DNA of 64,000 nucleotides, taken from Squalus acanthias (lineage: Eukaryota). The stretch covers positions 94,116,001-94,180,000 of the forward strand of contig CM059433.1 of assembly GCA_030390025.1 (NCBI GenBank), in the 5' to 3' direction. Position 1 is the first letter of the stretch. Each line of letters starts with the position of its first letter. The translations under genes and the position numbers were made by a program. A model generated the notes under the pieces. That model was given only the letters and a program-made list of their open reading frames with translations, was not told where the DNA came from and searched no databases. Shown one piece after another: positions 33,825-46,056 of the stretch.

Positions 33825-36479
33825 TCCCTAGTTATACTCACGCGTTTGTGCGCCTGCAGATCGGAAAGTGCTGTGCATCAGTGTAAAAGTGTTAGAGTTA
33901 ATCTCCGAGTCGTGTTCAACATAAGCATAATCCCAGATTCAATCCCATGCAGAAAAAAATGTTGGCAATATGAAATACAAAAGAGAAAAGATAAGTGGTT
34001 AATGTTTCGGTCTAGACCAGTTGTCAACAGTACGAACCGAGTGTTTCTCTTTTCAGTTGTTTATACACGTGCTGTATTTTCCCCAGCATTTCCTGTTTAT
34101 TTTTAATCTCAGGATTAGTTTCAGAGTTATACTGCATTTATAGCGTAACTATCGATTTCAGACAGGTACCAGCCAGGAGTTAGCCCATTTATATTGCTTC
34201 GCTGGAAGTGCAATTCTCCTGCCCAGGAGGGAGCGCTGCACATGTATGGTTACACACGTGCACAGCATTCCTCTCCCAGCAATTACCAGAGGGCAGGTGC
34301 CTGCACTCCCTCGGTATTTAAGTCAATTCCTAGTAGGTTTAAGGAACGTCAGAAGAATTCCTGAGACCCCCTGAGCTTTTGGTTAGTTCCATACGGCGTC
34401 AAACTCGAGCAGTGTGAGACCGCCTCCTCCAAGGCTCCCACGCTGTGGGGCTTTGGGTGGGCTAACCCGATCAAGTGCTATGTTGCAATTTTAGCATCAC
34501 TGCAAAGATTTCCCGCGACACTGCAGTTGCAATATCAATGCACCTTTAGTCTAGTCTGCGTTTACAGTATACTGCAGCTCAAAGTCTCAGATCAATAGGC
34601 GCCGTGAGATTCTCAGCCAGGCAGCACTCTGTTAACACTGCCCGGTTCGGTCTAACTATTTCTCCAGTGGTCCTACCCAAGGGAAGTGCTTTGTGCATGG
34701 ATGCACAATGCACCTCTCACATTAGATAAACATTTAAATGTTTAGAAAGTGCCCTGGGAAAAATCCCCACACTCCAAACTTTCAAATGATCTTCCGATAG
34801 GTTCCAAGTATGTCCGGGGGAGGCCCTGAGGTTTAGATGTAGTGTCAAACCAAAGCGTGTTAGACTCCCCCGCCCCAACAGTGTCTGATCGCTTCTCTTT
34901 AGAGGGAGTTTGGCCCTTGCTCCAGATTTACACTAGAGGTTTAGCGTCGTGCTAAACAGAAAGAGGAGCTGAATTTCCCAGTACAAAGGCGCCCTCGGTT
35001 ACCCCATTTAATCTCAGACTCAGGTTCAGTATCACTGTCTCTCATTACATTACAAAAAGTCTGACAGCTTTGGAGTGTTCTTTGCAAACCAGACTGCACC
35101 GGAAATGGGAAGAGCTCAACGTTGCAATTGAAAGTACGACTGTTAGTCTATGGTTCAGCATCGGACTCGTCCTCGGGATCACTCGAAGGCCCCTTTTATT
35201 CTGTCATTTGCAAAGTGAAGCATTTCCCATTTCCAGCGTAAATATTCGCAGAATGGACTGAAGCAGATGCTGAGATCAATCCTGGGGCCAGGGCGAGTGC
35301 TCTGCTGACTGTGGGCCGAATTTAGAGTTAGGCGAATTTGGTTGTATTCCGGTTTAAACTGTAGTGGATTCTGCAGTCCACGAGCAATGACAGGACTGCC
35401 GGAATCTGCTTCCAGTCCAGTCTGGGGCACTTGTATTACCATCTGTGAACCAGATCGCACCGGAAATGGGGAGCGCGCTGGTCTGCAAATGACAATATGA
35501 ACGGAGTTATCATTGAAGTCCCAGTCCCGGGCTCTGCCCCGGTCCCTGCCTCGGGAAGTAGTCTGGGATCCATCACACGAGAGGGAGGGGGAGCAGTGCC
35601 TGGAGCAGCTGGCGGAGGCGGAGGGGGGAATCGCCATCCTTCCCGAGACGGGCAAACTTTGGTGCCAATGGACGCGGACTATGCCGGCAGATCTCGCCGC
35701 TCTCAGCGCAGGAGGGCTGACGAACAGGGACAATGTATGAAACAGAGCTGATCACACAGCCAGCGGCAGTGGCCGCCCCGATCTCTCGCTAGTGGCCCTG
35801 AACAAGTGTGGACGGAACGGGGAATAGTTTTCACTAAATTGTAACATTTCAAAGACCGTTTTTAAGTTTAACGACCCGGAACGAGCAGGGGTTGGACTAA
35901 CTGGCCGAGTCCTTAGAGCGGCAGACAGTTTTAGGAATTGCTAAACGTCGAGATCCATCCTGATATAATGAGCTGGTCGCTCGGTGGATCCAAGAGCTCC
36001 TGCGGCAGGAATTTAAACACTTTTAAAAAGTAACCGATCCTGCAAAATAAAGGGAGTGCGCGCTAAAGTGCACAACAAAAAGAATTCTGTAGAGGAGCGA
36101 GCCGCGTTTGTTGGTTTCACTTCGGCACAGGAAGGTAGACGAAATGTGTTAGAAAGTTGGAACATTGCTCCCTTGTGAACATATTTCTCTTTTAACCCAA
36201 CAGGGCAGCCACTGTGAAACGCAGGGAGCTCTTGAGTTGTTTGGCAGCTTTCCCCGAGTGTTTGTTAATGTGTTCCTATTGTTTCCTAGTATTTAATACA
36301 CTTGCACTTTCTTTTTTCTTCTTCTTCTTCTCAGGCCTCCTGCTTTTCATGTCTGGTTTGGTTTGAAACCGCACGGTATTATCTTCCGCCGTTACACCGA
36401 GGCAGACTCTGGAGCTCTCAAGCTGTTCACTTTGCTGCTTTTGTTTTGATTTCTATTTCTAAGAACAGGAGCGAGAGCT

Positions 36480-36826
36480 TTTTTTTTTGCTCTGCTCTCC
36501 CCCCTCCTCTCTTCTCCTCCTCCTCCCCTCCTCTTCCCCTTTTCCTCCTTCCGCGTGGTTGCCCTGCCTGCATGGGTCCAGAGAGCAATAAAAGAAATCC
36601 CCCACCAGGCCCGGGCGGCCAATCGCCTGCCTCGGATGCTGTTACCCGGCCCGGGTTGCCATGGGTCCTCACATCAATCAAGAGGCGAGCAGCCAATGGG
36701 AGGCCGGGGCCGGCGCGCGCACAGCGTCGGCTTTTCCTGCTCGGCGCTGCAAATGATCCGAGCTCGGTGCAAGTTGTCAAAGGCTCGGCTCGTTTAACAA
36801 GTCAGATCACTCCGGCTTAGCAAGTC
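36480..36826 (+). promoter_or_regulatory. POU3F2 proximal promoter / 5' UTR (CpG-rich, CCAAT boxes)
   Basis: Pyrimidine tract (~36490-36550), CCAAT motifs at ~36619 (ggCCAATcg) and ~36693 (agCCAATggg), and GC/CpG-rich sequence directly upstream of the ATG. Confidence 0.6.
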
Positions 36827-37978
36827 ATGGCGACCACAGCATCTAATCATTACATTACGAGCGGCAACATCCTCACCTCCAACTCCATCGTGCACGCCGA
36901 GCCGGGGAGCATGCAACAAGGGACAGCCTACAGGGATGCACAGAAACTGGTCCAGAACGATTACATGCAAAGCAATGGGCACCCTCTCAGCCACGCTCAC
37001 CAATGGTTAACGGCTCTCTCTCACGCCGAGGGGTCTCCGTGGTCGGCCGGCGTGGCGGCCAGTCCCCTCGGCCAGCAAGACATCAAGCCCTCGGTGCAAT
37101 CGGCAAGGGACGATCTCCACAGCGGGGGCACCCTGCACCACCGGCCCCCTCACATGGTCCACCAGCACGGCAACCACCACGGAGCATGGGGCAACACCAC
37201 CTCAGCCCACATCCCCAGCATGACATCCAACGGGCAGAGCCTCATCTATTCCCAGCCGGGCTTCACGGTCAACGGTATGATCAACCCGGCAACGACCCAA
37301 GGCATGCACCACGGGCTCAGGGAAGCCCACGAAGAACAGCACCACGGGGACCATGGTCAACACCACCAGCAGCAACATCATCAACAACAGCACCATCAGC
37401 ACCAGCATCAGGGCCACGACCACTCGGACGAGGACACCCCTACCTCGGACGATTTGGAGCAGTTCGCCAAGCAGTTCAAACAGAGGAGGATCAAGCTCGG
37501 ATTTACCCAGGCCGATGTGGGACTAGCTCTTGGGACCCTCTATGGCAACGTCTTCTCGCAGACCACCATCTGCAGGTTCGAAGCGCTGCAGCTGAGCTTT
37601 AAAAACATGTGCAAACTCAAACCCTTGCTGAACAAGTGGCTGGAGGAGGCTGACTCTTCGTCTGGGAGCCCCACCAGCATAGACAAAATCGCTGCCCAGG
37701 GCAGGAAGAGGAAAAAGAGGACCTCGATCGAGGTGAGCGTCAAGGGGGCTTTGGAGAGCCATTTTTTGAAGTGCCCCAAGCCCTCGGCCCAGGAGATCAG
37801 CTCTCTGGCGGACAGTCTGCAGCTGGAAAAGGAGGTGGTCAGGGTTTGGTTTTGTAACAGAAGACAAAAAGAGAAACGAATGACTCCTCCCGGAGGAGCT
37901 CACCCCGGAGCCGAGGATGTATATGGGGCCAGAGACACTCCACCGTCACATCATGGGGTTCAGACTTCTGTACAGTGA
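36827..37978 (+). CDS. POU3F2: POU domain class 3 transcription factor 2 (Brn-2/N-Oct3), single exon, 383 aa
   Basis: Intact ORF with POU-specific domain ([69 protein letters not shown]) and POU homeodomain ([18 protein letters not shown]...[15 protein letters not shown]). N-terminal MATxASNHY...SIVHAEP...[13 protein letters not shown] and C-terminal [19 protein letters not shown].HHGVQTxVQ match POU3F2 better than POU3F1/3/4. Good Kozak context (gtcATGG). Confidence 0.93.
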   Translation: MATTASNHYITSGNILTSNSIVHAEPGSMQQGTAYRDAQKLVQNDYMQSNGHPLSHAHQWLTALSHAEGSPWSAGVAASPLGQQDIKPSVQSARDDLHSGGTLHHRPPHMVHQHGNHHGAWGNTTSAHIPSMTSNGQSLIYSQPGFTVNGMINPATTQGMHHGLREAHEEQHHGDHGQHHQQQHHQQQHHQHQHQGHDHSDEDTPTSDDLEQFAKQFKQRRIKLGFTQADVGLALGTLYGNVFSQTTICRFEALQLSFKNMCKLKPLLNKWLEEADSSSGSPTSIDKIAAQGRKRKKRTSIEVSVKGALESHFLKCPKPSAQEISSLADSLQLEKEVVRVWFCNRRQKEKRMTPPGGAHPGAEDVYGARDTPPSHHGVQTSVQ

Positions 37979-39700
37979 ATGGTCACTCCTCTCACTTTTT
38001 GTTCCTTTTATTTGTTCTTTTCTTAACGAACAGCTTAAAACACTGGACTATCGTTACGATAGCACATGTTAATGATGTGTTTTGACCTATACAGAAGGAG
38101 CTCGCAGGCAAATGGAGTGAGTATATAAATAATAACAGAGGCACTGATATACATACCTTTACAAAACTGTGGCAAAGAGACACAAAACTGCCTAGATAGA
38201 ATGTGACCTGAAAGGCTGCTATAATTGTTAATGTATAGATCCACTGTGACAGGCGGGGGCAAAGGGATTTTTTTGTAGGAAAGCAGAGGAGGATTTGGCC
38301 ACGAGCTGCAGTTTTGTTTGTTGGAGGAAAGGGCAAAAGGAAGAAAAAGGAAATTGCAAGACACTGCTCTCCGGACTAGCCACCGTCCTAGTCATTTGCG
38401 GGTTTAAAAAAAAATCTCAACAGAATGGGAGATATTTCTCCTGAGCGCTGAATTGTAAGAGACGAGAGGCTGTGTATGTGAGCAGAAAATAGGCTGTGTC
38501 AATCAGGCAGAGAGGGGCTCAGCTCGAACGACACAATTCTCTCCAGGATCTGAAGTTGGGAGCTGCGAAATAGCAAACGGGATCAATTCACACAAACAAA
38601 AAAAAGTAAATAAATGAATGATAAATCGATAAATATCAGGCGCTATAAAGTACTACGGATCACCGACTAAAAGTTTTATCCCTATGTTTAATAAGAACTA
38701 ATTCCGGTGGCAAGAAATGCAATACCTTTTTATATGACAGGAAGATTACAAATATGCTAGCTAGCGTCTTAACGCCTCCGAATTAGCACTGTACAATAAT
38801 GAATAAAGAAAAACTCAGAGTCAAAATGTTGTAGTTCCTGCCACATTTTTTTTCCCGAAAAAATATATTGCAGTATAAAACATTGTACTTATTAAACGTG
38901 CGCCTACAATCTAACATAAAAAACAATCTACAGTCGGATACAAATGAGACAAAAAACCTTTAAAACATATCAGTATATTGCGCTTTCTTACAAAGAACAT
39001 ATCCAAACATTCAAAATTCTAGAAAAGGTATGTACATATTTGAGATATTTTGATGTGGTGATATGATTGTAATTTAACCGCAGTTATAGCGATTCCTAAA
39101 GACAATAAAATTTAGTGAAGTGTTAGAAAAACATTTAAAAAATTAAAAAAAACGCCGGGTCAGATAGGTTGGTACAGAAAAAAATAATCCTGAGACACGA
39201 ACTAAATTTGTGTCTGTCCGTTTAGTAACATGAAGTTGAACGTGGAGTACTTTGTTAGAACCTTTTCTCATAGGTTTACGGAGAGCGGTTACCATGCACA
39301 TCTTATACCACTATGTATATATGTTGCATATATTTGTCTTTTGAACTGAAGAAGAAAAACATTATCTGAATGATTTTTTTTTTCCTTGTATACATTTTTT
39401 CCATAATGCTGCCCAGGGAATTTTAATATCATTTTCACGTGGCCTGCCTCAATGTATTTATTTCTTTAAAAGAAGTTCTGGAAACTGTTTCTTCTGTAGC
39501 TTTCATTGATTAGATGTTATATGTGGGATGTAAATTTTTCCGTTATGCTTTTTTTCCCCTTCTCTTGAAAAGATTGTTTTTTGGTACATTTCAATGTGTC
39601 TTGTGAAGATAAAAGAAACAACGCAGAGTCCCTTATATATTTATGTTAAAGTAATATTTTATTACTTACATAAAACAAGCAATCGCACAACCTTGAAGTC
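37979..39700 (+). other. POU3F2 3' UTR with candidate polyadenylation signals
   Basis: AU-rich and TE-free. AATAAA at 38802 and 39104; variant CATAAA at 39669 followed by a GU/U-rich downstream element (gtcttatgtcttggttttgtggg). Pumilio-type TGTA(C/T)ATA at 39031 and 39314. The actual 3' end is inferred. Confidence 0.5.
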
Positions 39701-39878
39701 TTATGTCTTGGTTTTGTGGGGATATGACATTTTCTGAGCGGGTGGCGAGAGCGCATAATTTGTCTTCCAAATCCGTATCATGGCCTCACTTATTATTCTA
39801 ATAAGGGTATGAATATAATATTCACTTCCATAAACACGGCATTAACCTTATAAAGATAACCCCGACAGATATTGAGAA

Positions 39879-39909
<31 letters not shown>

Positions 39910-42900
39910 AATATACACACACACATATCTACGTATGCCTTACAAAATATGCTGATTTCGTAAGGAATATGTATTTTATTTATTTTTAATGTGCGTATAC
40001 AGACAAAACATGCTTTCAAATCATGATTTAGCACGTTCGATCTGTATGTGTCAATGTTACATTCGCGCACACATATTTGCTTACTTACTGAATCAGCAGT
40101 TTAAATTTTAAAGCCTAAAATCTTAATTTAGTATATATTGCATATACTTTACATGATAAATAATAAGAATCATACAGATGATCCCCTTTAGGAAATACAT
40201 ATTGGTTAAAACTGATCTGCACGCATTTTATTTATGTGCCACATCTACTTTTTGTTTTAGATTATTGCATATTTTAACTTAAATACCATAGTGGTCAGTT
40301 TCCAGTATCCTGCACGTGTTACCTCCCGGGCAGTGTAAAACTACCGGGTTTCTCCCATGATAAAAAATATTTTATTCTATTTATGTATATTTTAAATAAC
40401 CGCTTGCAACGTGTCTTTTTTTTTGAACTGGTTGCAACATTTGGTAAATTGGATTTCTTTTTGAGGATTAAAAGCTCCGATCGGCTGGCTGGACACCAGC
40501 TCGCTTCTGCGTTAAGTCAATATTACACGCGTACAGAACATATTCAGCTAAATTATCTTATCAATACAAAGAGAAATTTGACAGAAAGAAGAAGTGTTTT
40601 CTGACCACAAACGTGCTGATCGGGTGAAATGTTTGAGTTGGGTATGGATCCGGGTGCATTGTTCAATAGCAGCCACTGCATGGTCTGCAAGGAGTGCGAG
40701 TGCCCTCTACTGGGCAGCGCCACACACACACAGGGCCACGATCAACCGGCGGCTTTCCGCCAAAGCAGTTCAATCTTACCTGCTGGCGTTTAACATCATT
40801 TGTTGGTCTCGCAGAGTGAGCATTTATTTAAATTTGTGACCAATTTAGTTCTTCTGACAAGGTATCATTATTACAGTTAACTATCGGACATGCTAGTTAT
40901 TTGGGGAGGGGGAGGGTGGAGGGAAATGTGGTTAAACTGGAGGGAAGCTATTACATCCCGTATTCTTTCCTGCTGAATATTTCCTTGTAATGTGGTTCCC
41001 GTTGAATTGCTAAACTTTAAGAAAGTGATAACTATATCTGTGAAGTGAATATGTCCTTGTGACTAATATAGAAATGCGTTACTTCAGGTAGAACAGGCTC
41101 CACTATGTTGTACCGTTGTCGTTGTATAATATATGTTTATATAATAGATATTCATTGCAGTTAATCCAACCTGCACACAGCGCGTAGGTGGCCAAAAAGT
41201 AATGACTATTGGATAATAACAGAACTTTTTAGTAAATGCAAGTTTTATTTATTTAATCAGTGCAAATTTAAATTTACAAACTTCTAAAAAAAAATACCCC
41301 AGTTTCCAGATTATCCTCAGTTCTTACTGTAAGTGCAATCGTTACTTAAAAGTTGTTCAATCTGTAGAAAACGGTGAGCGCCGCCTCCTTCGCCGAATTT
41401 CCTGCAATAGTTAAATGTTTGATGCTACAATCCACTTTTAAATTAGTTTCACACCAACAAGTGAAGTGAAGCCGCGCAAAAAGAAAACCTGTTCTAAATG
41501 GATTAGCTCCTAGATCTAACGCGAAGGGGATGTTTCGGATGCATTTCACTATTAAGAGGAATTATTAAATTAGGTTCACATAATATACCCATTAATTTGT
41601 TTTCATATACTGTTTTAAAACACAGTGTTCAGTCTCCCCCCCCCCCCCCCCCCCCATCCACAACGACAGCCCCAGGCAAACTAAACTGAAGGCAACCTAT
41701 AAAATTGGTTAACTTTAATTCCGTCTGTCTTTTTGAGTCATGCCATAGATTTTCCCGGAGAGAAAGAGAGAAATTGCTTTTGACTCCAAGGACGGATTGT
41801 ATAATGGACTTGCAATTTTAAGCTAGTCGAAGTTAGAATAGTCAGCTGACATATAATATAATTAATATAATATATTTGCGCTGCTCTGTTTTTGCATTCA
41901 TTCAAGTTAATGAGCATTATGAACATGAAAGATTTTTTTTTCTGTTCCAAAAACTTAGTGGAGTGACAGCGAGCGATTTCCTTAAAAACACAAACCTCTT
42001 TTACCCTTGCAATAGAAGATTGATTTAAGTGATATGTTTGTCGGCGGAAAGAATGAACTTCGAGACCAAACACTACTCTGTCCGAGGCTACAACGTGCGC
42101 TATTGGAAAGAGTTTGTGTGGTTTCCAGACGGTTTCTTTACCGGGGGGAAATTCCAGCAGCTCACACATATCGGATATTACAAACATATTATTGCAAAAA
42201 TGCCGGTACGATGAGCATATTCAAATACTGTCATAATTTGAGTAAATTACAGTAAACTCATGTTTCGGATAGTGTCATATATTTATATATAGTGATAATT
42301 ACAAAATTCCATTTTTTAAACACTGCAATATTTATATATTTAAAAACCAGGATGACGTACCTGAACGCTAATAAGTTTTTTTTTAAATCGTTACAAACCT
42401 TTAAAAAAGATATATTTAAAATAGGCAACTTGCGATTGTGAGAGTGCTGGTGCCTGTGTGTTGTGGTATGGACCTCACGTCTTGTGAAGGATATGTTCAG
42501 AACAGTGAGTTACTTGTTGGACGCCTTTCAATCTATAAATAAACATCTCGGTGCGTTCAAGCAGTCCCCCCCCCCCCCCGCCCCCTCCCCAGTCCATAAA
42601 ACATTCAGACAGCACTTCGACCCGCTGCTCATTAACACCATACACAGAATAGATTTTAACCCAGGGTTTCGGGGGGGGGGGGGGGGGGAAGCGGATTGGA
42701 CATTGAACGAAATCAGTTAAATTAGAACTTTCAGGTTTTTTGTTTCAATCCTAAATTGCGATCATGCCGGTTGTATAATTAACGGGTTCATTTAATTTGG
42801 GGGACGGATGGACGGTTTATTTACTTCCAGTCAGAAAGAGGGCAAAATCAGGGGCGCGTTCACACGTCCTTCAAAACTATGCAAACTTCAGGAGAAACTA

Positions 42901-45900
42901 CTAGAGGCCGGTGTGTGCAAATGCACGAACAAAGGCAACCACACTAATGTCCAAAGTAAGCACACGGGCTCACACGGTACAAACCGGAACAAAATTGCAC
43001 AGGAGTTAATGCAAGTAAAGGACTGGCGTAGATTCTAACAAATCCGACACAAACTTCTAAAGACACGTCAACGTGCAAGGGCAGATTTAGACACATGCAC
43101 CCCAGACACACGTATGGCCATACAGACATGTACACTTACACCGACACGTTCAGTGCATTGAATTAAGTGAACATGTAATTGACTCGAAGGGACCCTAACA
43201 AACCGAGCACTCAATAATACCGAAAATCAGATTGTATATTAAATCAACGCACTGTCCAGCCAAACGTTCAGACTCGCCCAACCACACCAGCACCGAGATA
43301 GTGGGACAGATTTGAAAGCAGAATCTGTTCACACAACTACAGGCGTACAGAACTGTCAGAGACCCAATTCTTTAAATACACATTGATACGCTGAACATTG
43401 AAATCCACGGCTTGTACAGACGTATAAAGTGACGCAGAATGCATAAATCATACAGCGCACAAACAAGATTATATCTGTACACAGGCAACTGGGATGTCCA
43501 GACAGACGAACATGAATACAGATGATGCAGAAAGATGGGAGAAATGAAAGTTATAGAAAGTGGATTTAACGAACACGAATGTATACTTCAGCACCTACAC
43601 ACATGTACCGATCATGCACACATAAAACACACACACATAGGTAGACAATAAGAAGGTGAAGGGTGCTCTCGCAGATACAATAGAGATGTCTCATGACCAC
43701 AATGGCGAGAAAGTAATCTGAGACCGGTGGAAAGGAGTTTTTGTAGGAATTCCCGTATCAAGTTGCATTGTCAATGGCTTTAGAAGAACATCACCGTGTA
43801 TTAACAAAGTTACTTGAGTTTGATTGTTGATTATAATTAGAATAATTTATATACATATATGCCAAATATGCGCATTTTACTACCTTAAACAATAATATTC
43901 CATATATCATTGCTATTGCAGACACTGAGGGTATATTTTCAGGTATAAAGTTAAAGAATGTGTTTTTACTAAACTACCATTACTTATAATAACAGGTTAA
44001 GAAAATGGTTTTATTTAACTTTGAGCAAAATATATCCTTGAGACTTCACTTACATTCACGTAACACAGCTCTAGTATTCCAGTCAGTAAATATGCAAGTT
44101 GTGTCTCTTAAAGGATAGGGACGCGAAAAAAAAGACACGTGTGTAAATTATTCTGCCGATCAGACGGTCACATTCCCCGTGCCTATACCCCAACAGTATG
44201 TGTAGTGTTACAGCTAAACTATCTGGTGATATCTTGCATGATAATTGTTAATCTTTCGATGTTTGCAGTTTGCACAACAATGAACAAACAGGCACGTAAA
44301 ACAATCAGGAACGACAAGGAAATGCTCCTTATTTCCAAAACAATACCAGAGCGGCAGAGAACCGTATGGGTGGCTGTTATCTGATAGAAAGCACGTGCGT
44401 TTTGCAAAAAGTGGGAAATAAGTATTGAAAGGGTTAACTACACATAATTTCAAGTTGGCGAGCTTGTTTATAGCATAGTCCATCAGCTCCTTCATGTGTC
44501 TGAAAATCATCAGCGCTACACTGAAAAGGAATGTACATCCAGCACGCCACTCCATCAATACACAGCACGTCGCTGCAAATAGAAAAGGGCGCACCTTCCA
44601 ATAGCAGTAGGAAATAATTTAGGCCAGTGTATTTTTGATTCTGCTTATTGAAAGTTATCCAAAGATCCATAAATTATAATGTGCACTGGTTGCAAATGAA
44701 TAATGTATAATGCCGGTTTATGAGCAGGTAACTGATACCTGGAAATGGTGTTTTGGAGGCACAGATATAGTTGTCGCCGATCATAATATACACGATGAAG
44801 GGAGACCTTAGATCTTCATCTGTTAACGAATAAAATATTTCCTATGTTCAGTATCAGCAATCCCGTACCACCAGTGCGATCGCACAATAAAACAATTTAA
44901 AAAACGCCCATTTCTAATTAATATGATTTATATTTATTTAACCTCATTTTCAACAGCCGCGCTGTCCTTTGTTATTAAAAATGTAAATTTGACTTAATTT
45001 TATTTCTCCTAACATTGACACCAGTTCGGGGATATACTCCGCCGCAATCTTTATGCGGTACTGAAGCTGCTGCTGTACTGCAGCAAATTCACGGGCCGGC
45101 CCTTTTGGGATCTTTATTTTCAATAATGATTTTATTGTAGATGCGTACATATAATTTAGAATTTCTGTGGCAACACTTCAATAGCGTCTACTTGTGAGTT
45201 ACTGCGGTTTGTTTGGTTAGTCACTGGCACTCGTGGGCCGGGCAGACTCATTTAATTGGAGTTGCGTACTTGCAATTTGAAATGAAGTTGAACACTGAAC
45301 GAAACTCATAGCAGGAGTAGTAATTGTACGTATGTTTACATATATGCGTGGGGGAAAAGTTAGGAGAGTTTGAAAGTCATCAAAAGATGAACGCAGGAAA
45401 GGCATACATGTCAGGAGATACTGTTGAATTTTTAAATATTTCAGATATATACTTTTTTAATAAATAGAAATGAAGCGTTGGCAAAACAAGAATTCGTAAT
45501 ATTGTTAAAATAATTAGGGGAAACATCTCCACCGCATTTCCCATTACACCAGTGTCGTGCCTTTAGAATTGTAGCGACCGGTTTGATATGTAAGAAAAAG
45601 CCAGTCACATAAAAAATGAAGGATAGAAACCAGTTTTCAACATAACATGAAAGACGACTGTCTGTTGTAAGGTGAGAAAGTTTCTTGGTGCACCGTGGAT
45701 TATATACAATGAATTGGGCTTTTTTTGTTATTCCTGGTCCCAAAGCAAAGGAGACAGGAACAGAGCGGAAAGACAATCAATTATTCATCCATTTACAAAA
45801 TCTTTGACTTTCGTGGAATTGGGATCAGAATCTGCTCTTGTGAATCTTTAATAAGAGTGCGGAGTTAACTCGCGGACAGGTAATGATCGCACCATCTAAC

Positions 45901-46001
45901 ACTCGTTCCTTTTCCGAGAGCATGTTGTATAGAATACCATACCAATGTACACCGCCGCAGTAAATTGTGGCCCCGTGCTGAGAAACCTTATCAGCAACTT
46001 A

Positions 46002-46056
46002 GAATCATAGAATGGTCACAGCACAGAGGAGGCCATTCGGCCCGTCGAGCCCGCGC
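46002..46056 (-). mobile_element. Very short CR1-type 3' end insertion
   Basis: gaatcatagaatggtcacagcacagaggaggccattcggccc, with 7-bp TSD caactta at 45995-46001 and 46057-46063. Confidence 0.7.

Noticed and set aside
33940-34110. Separate hairpin ncRNA
   Set aside because: Looks like a heavily decayed inverted Penelope terminal-repeat pair (ccagcatttcctgtttattt), with its hammerhead core lost
35179-36820. ORFs of 172-184 aa upstream of POU3F2
   Set aside because: Low-complexity translations of CpG-island/promoter sequence with no protein-family signal
37003-37903. Overlapping alternative-frame and antisense ORFs within POU3F2 (199 aa, 126 aa and others)
   Set aside because: Expected by-products of a GC-rich coding sequence; no recognisable domains
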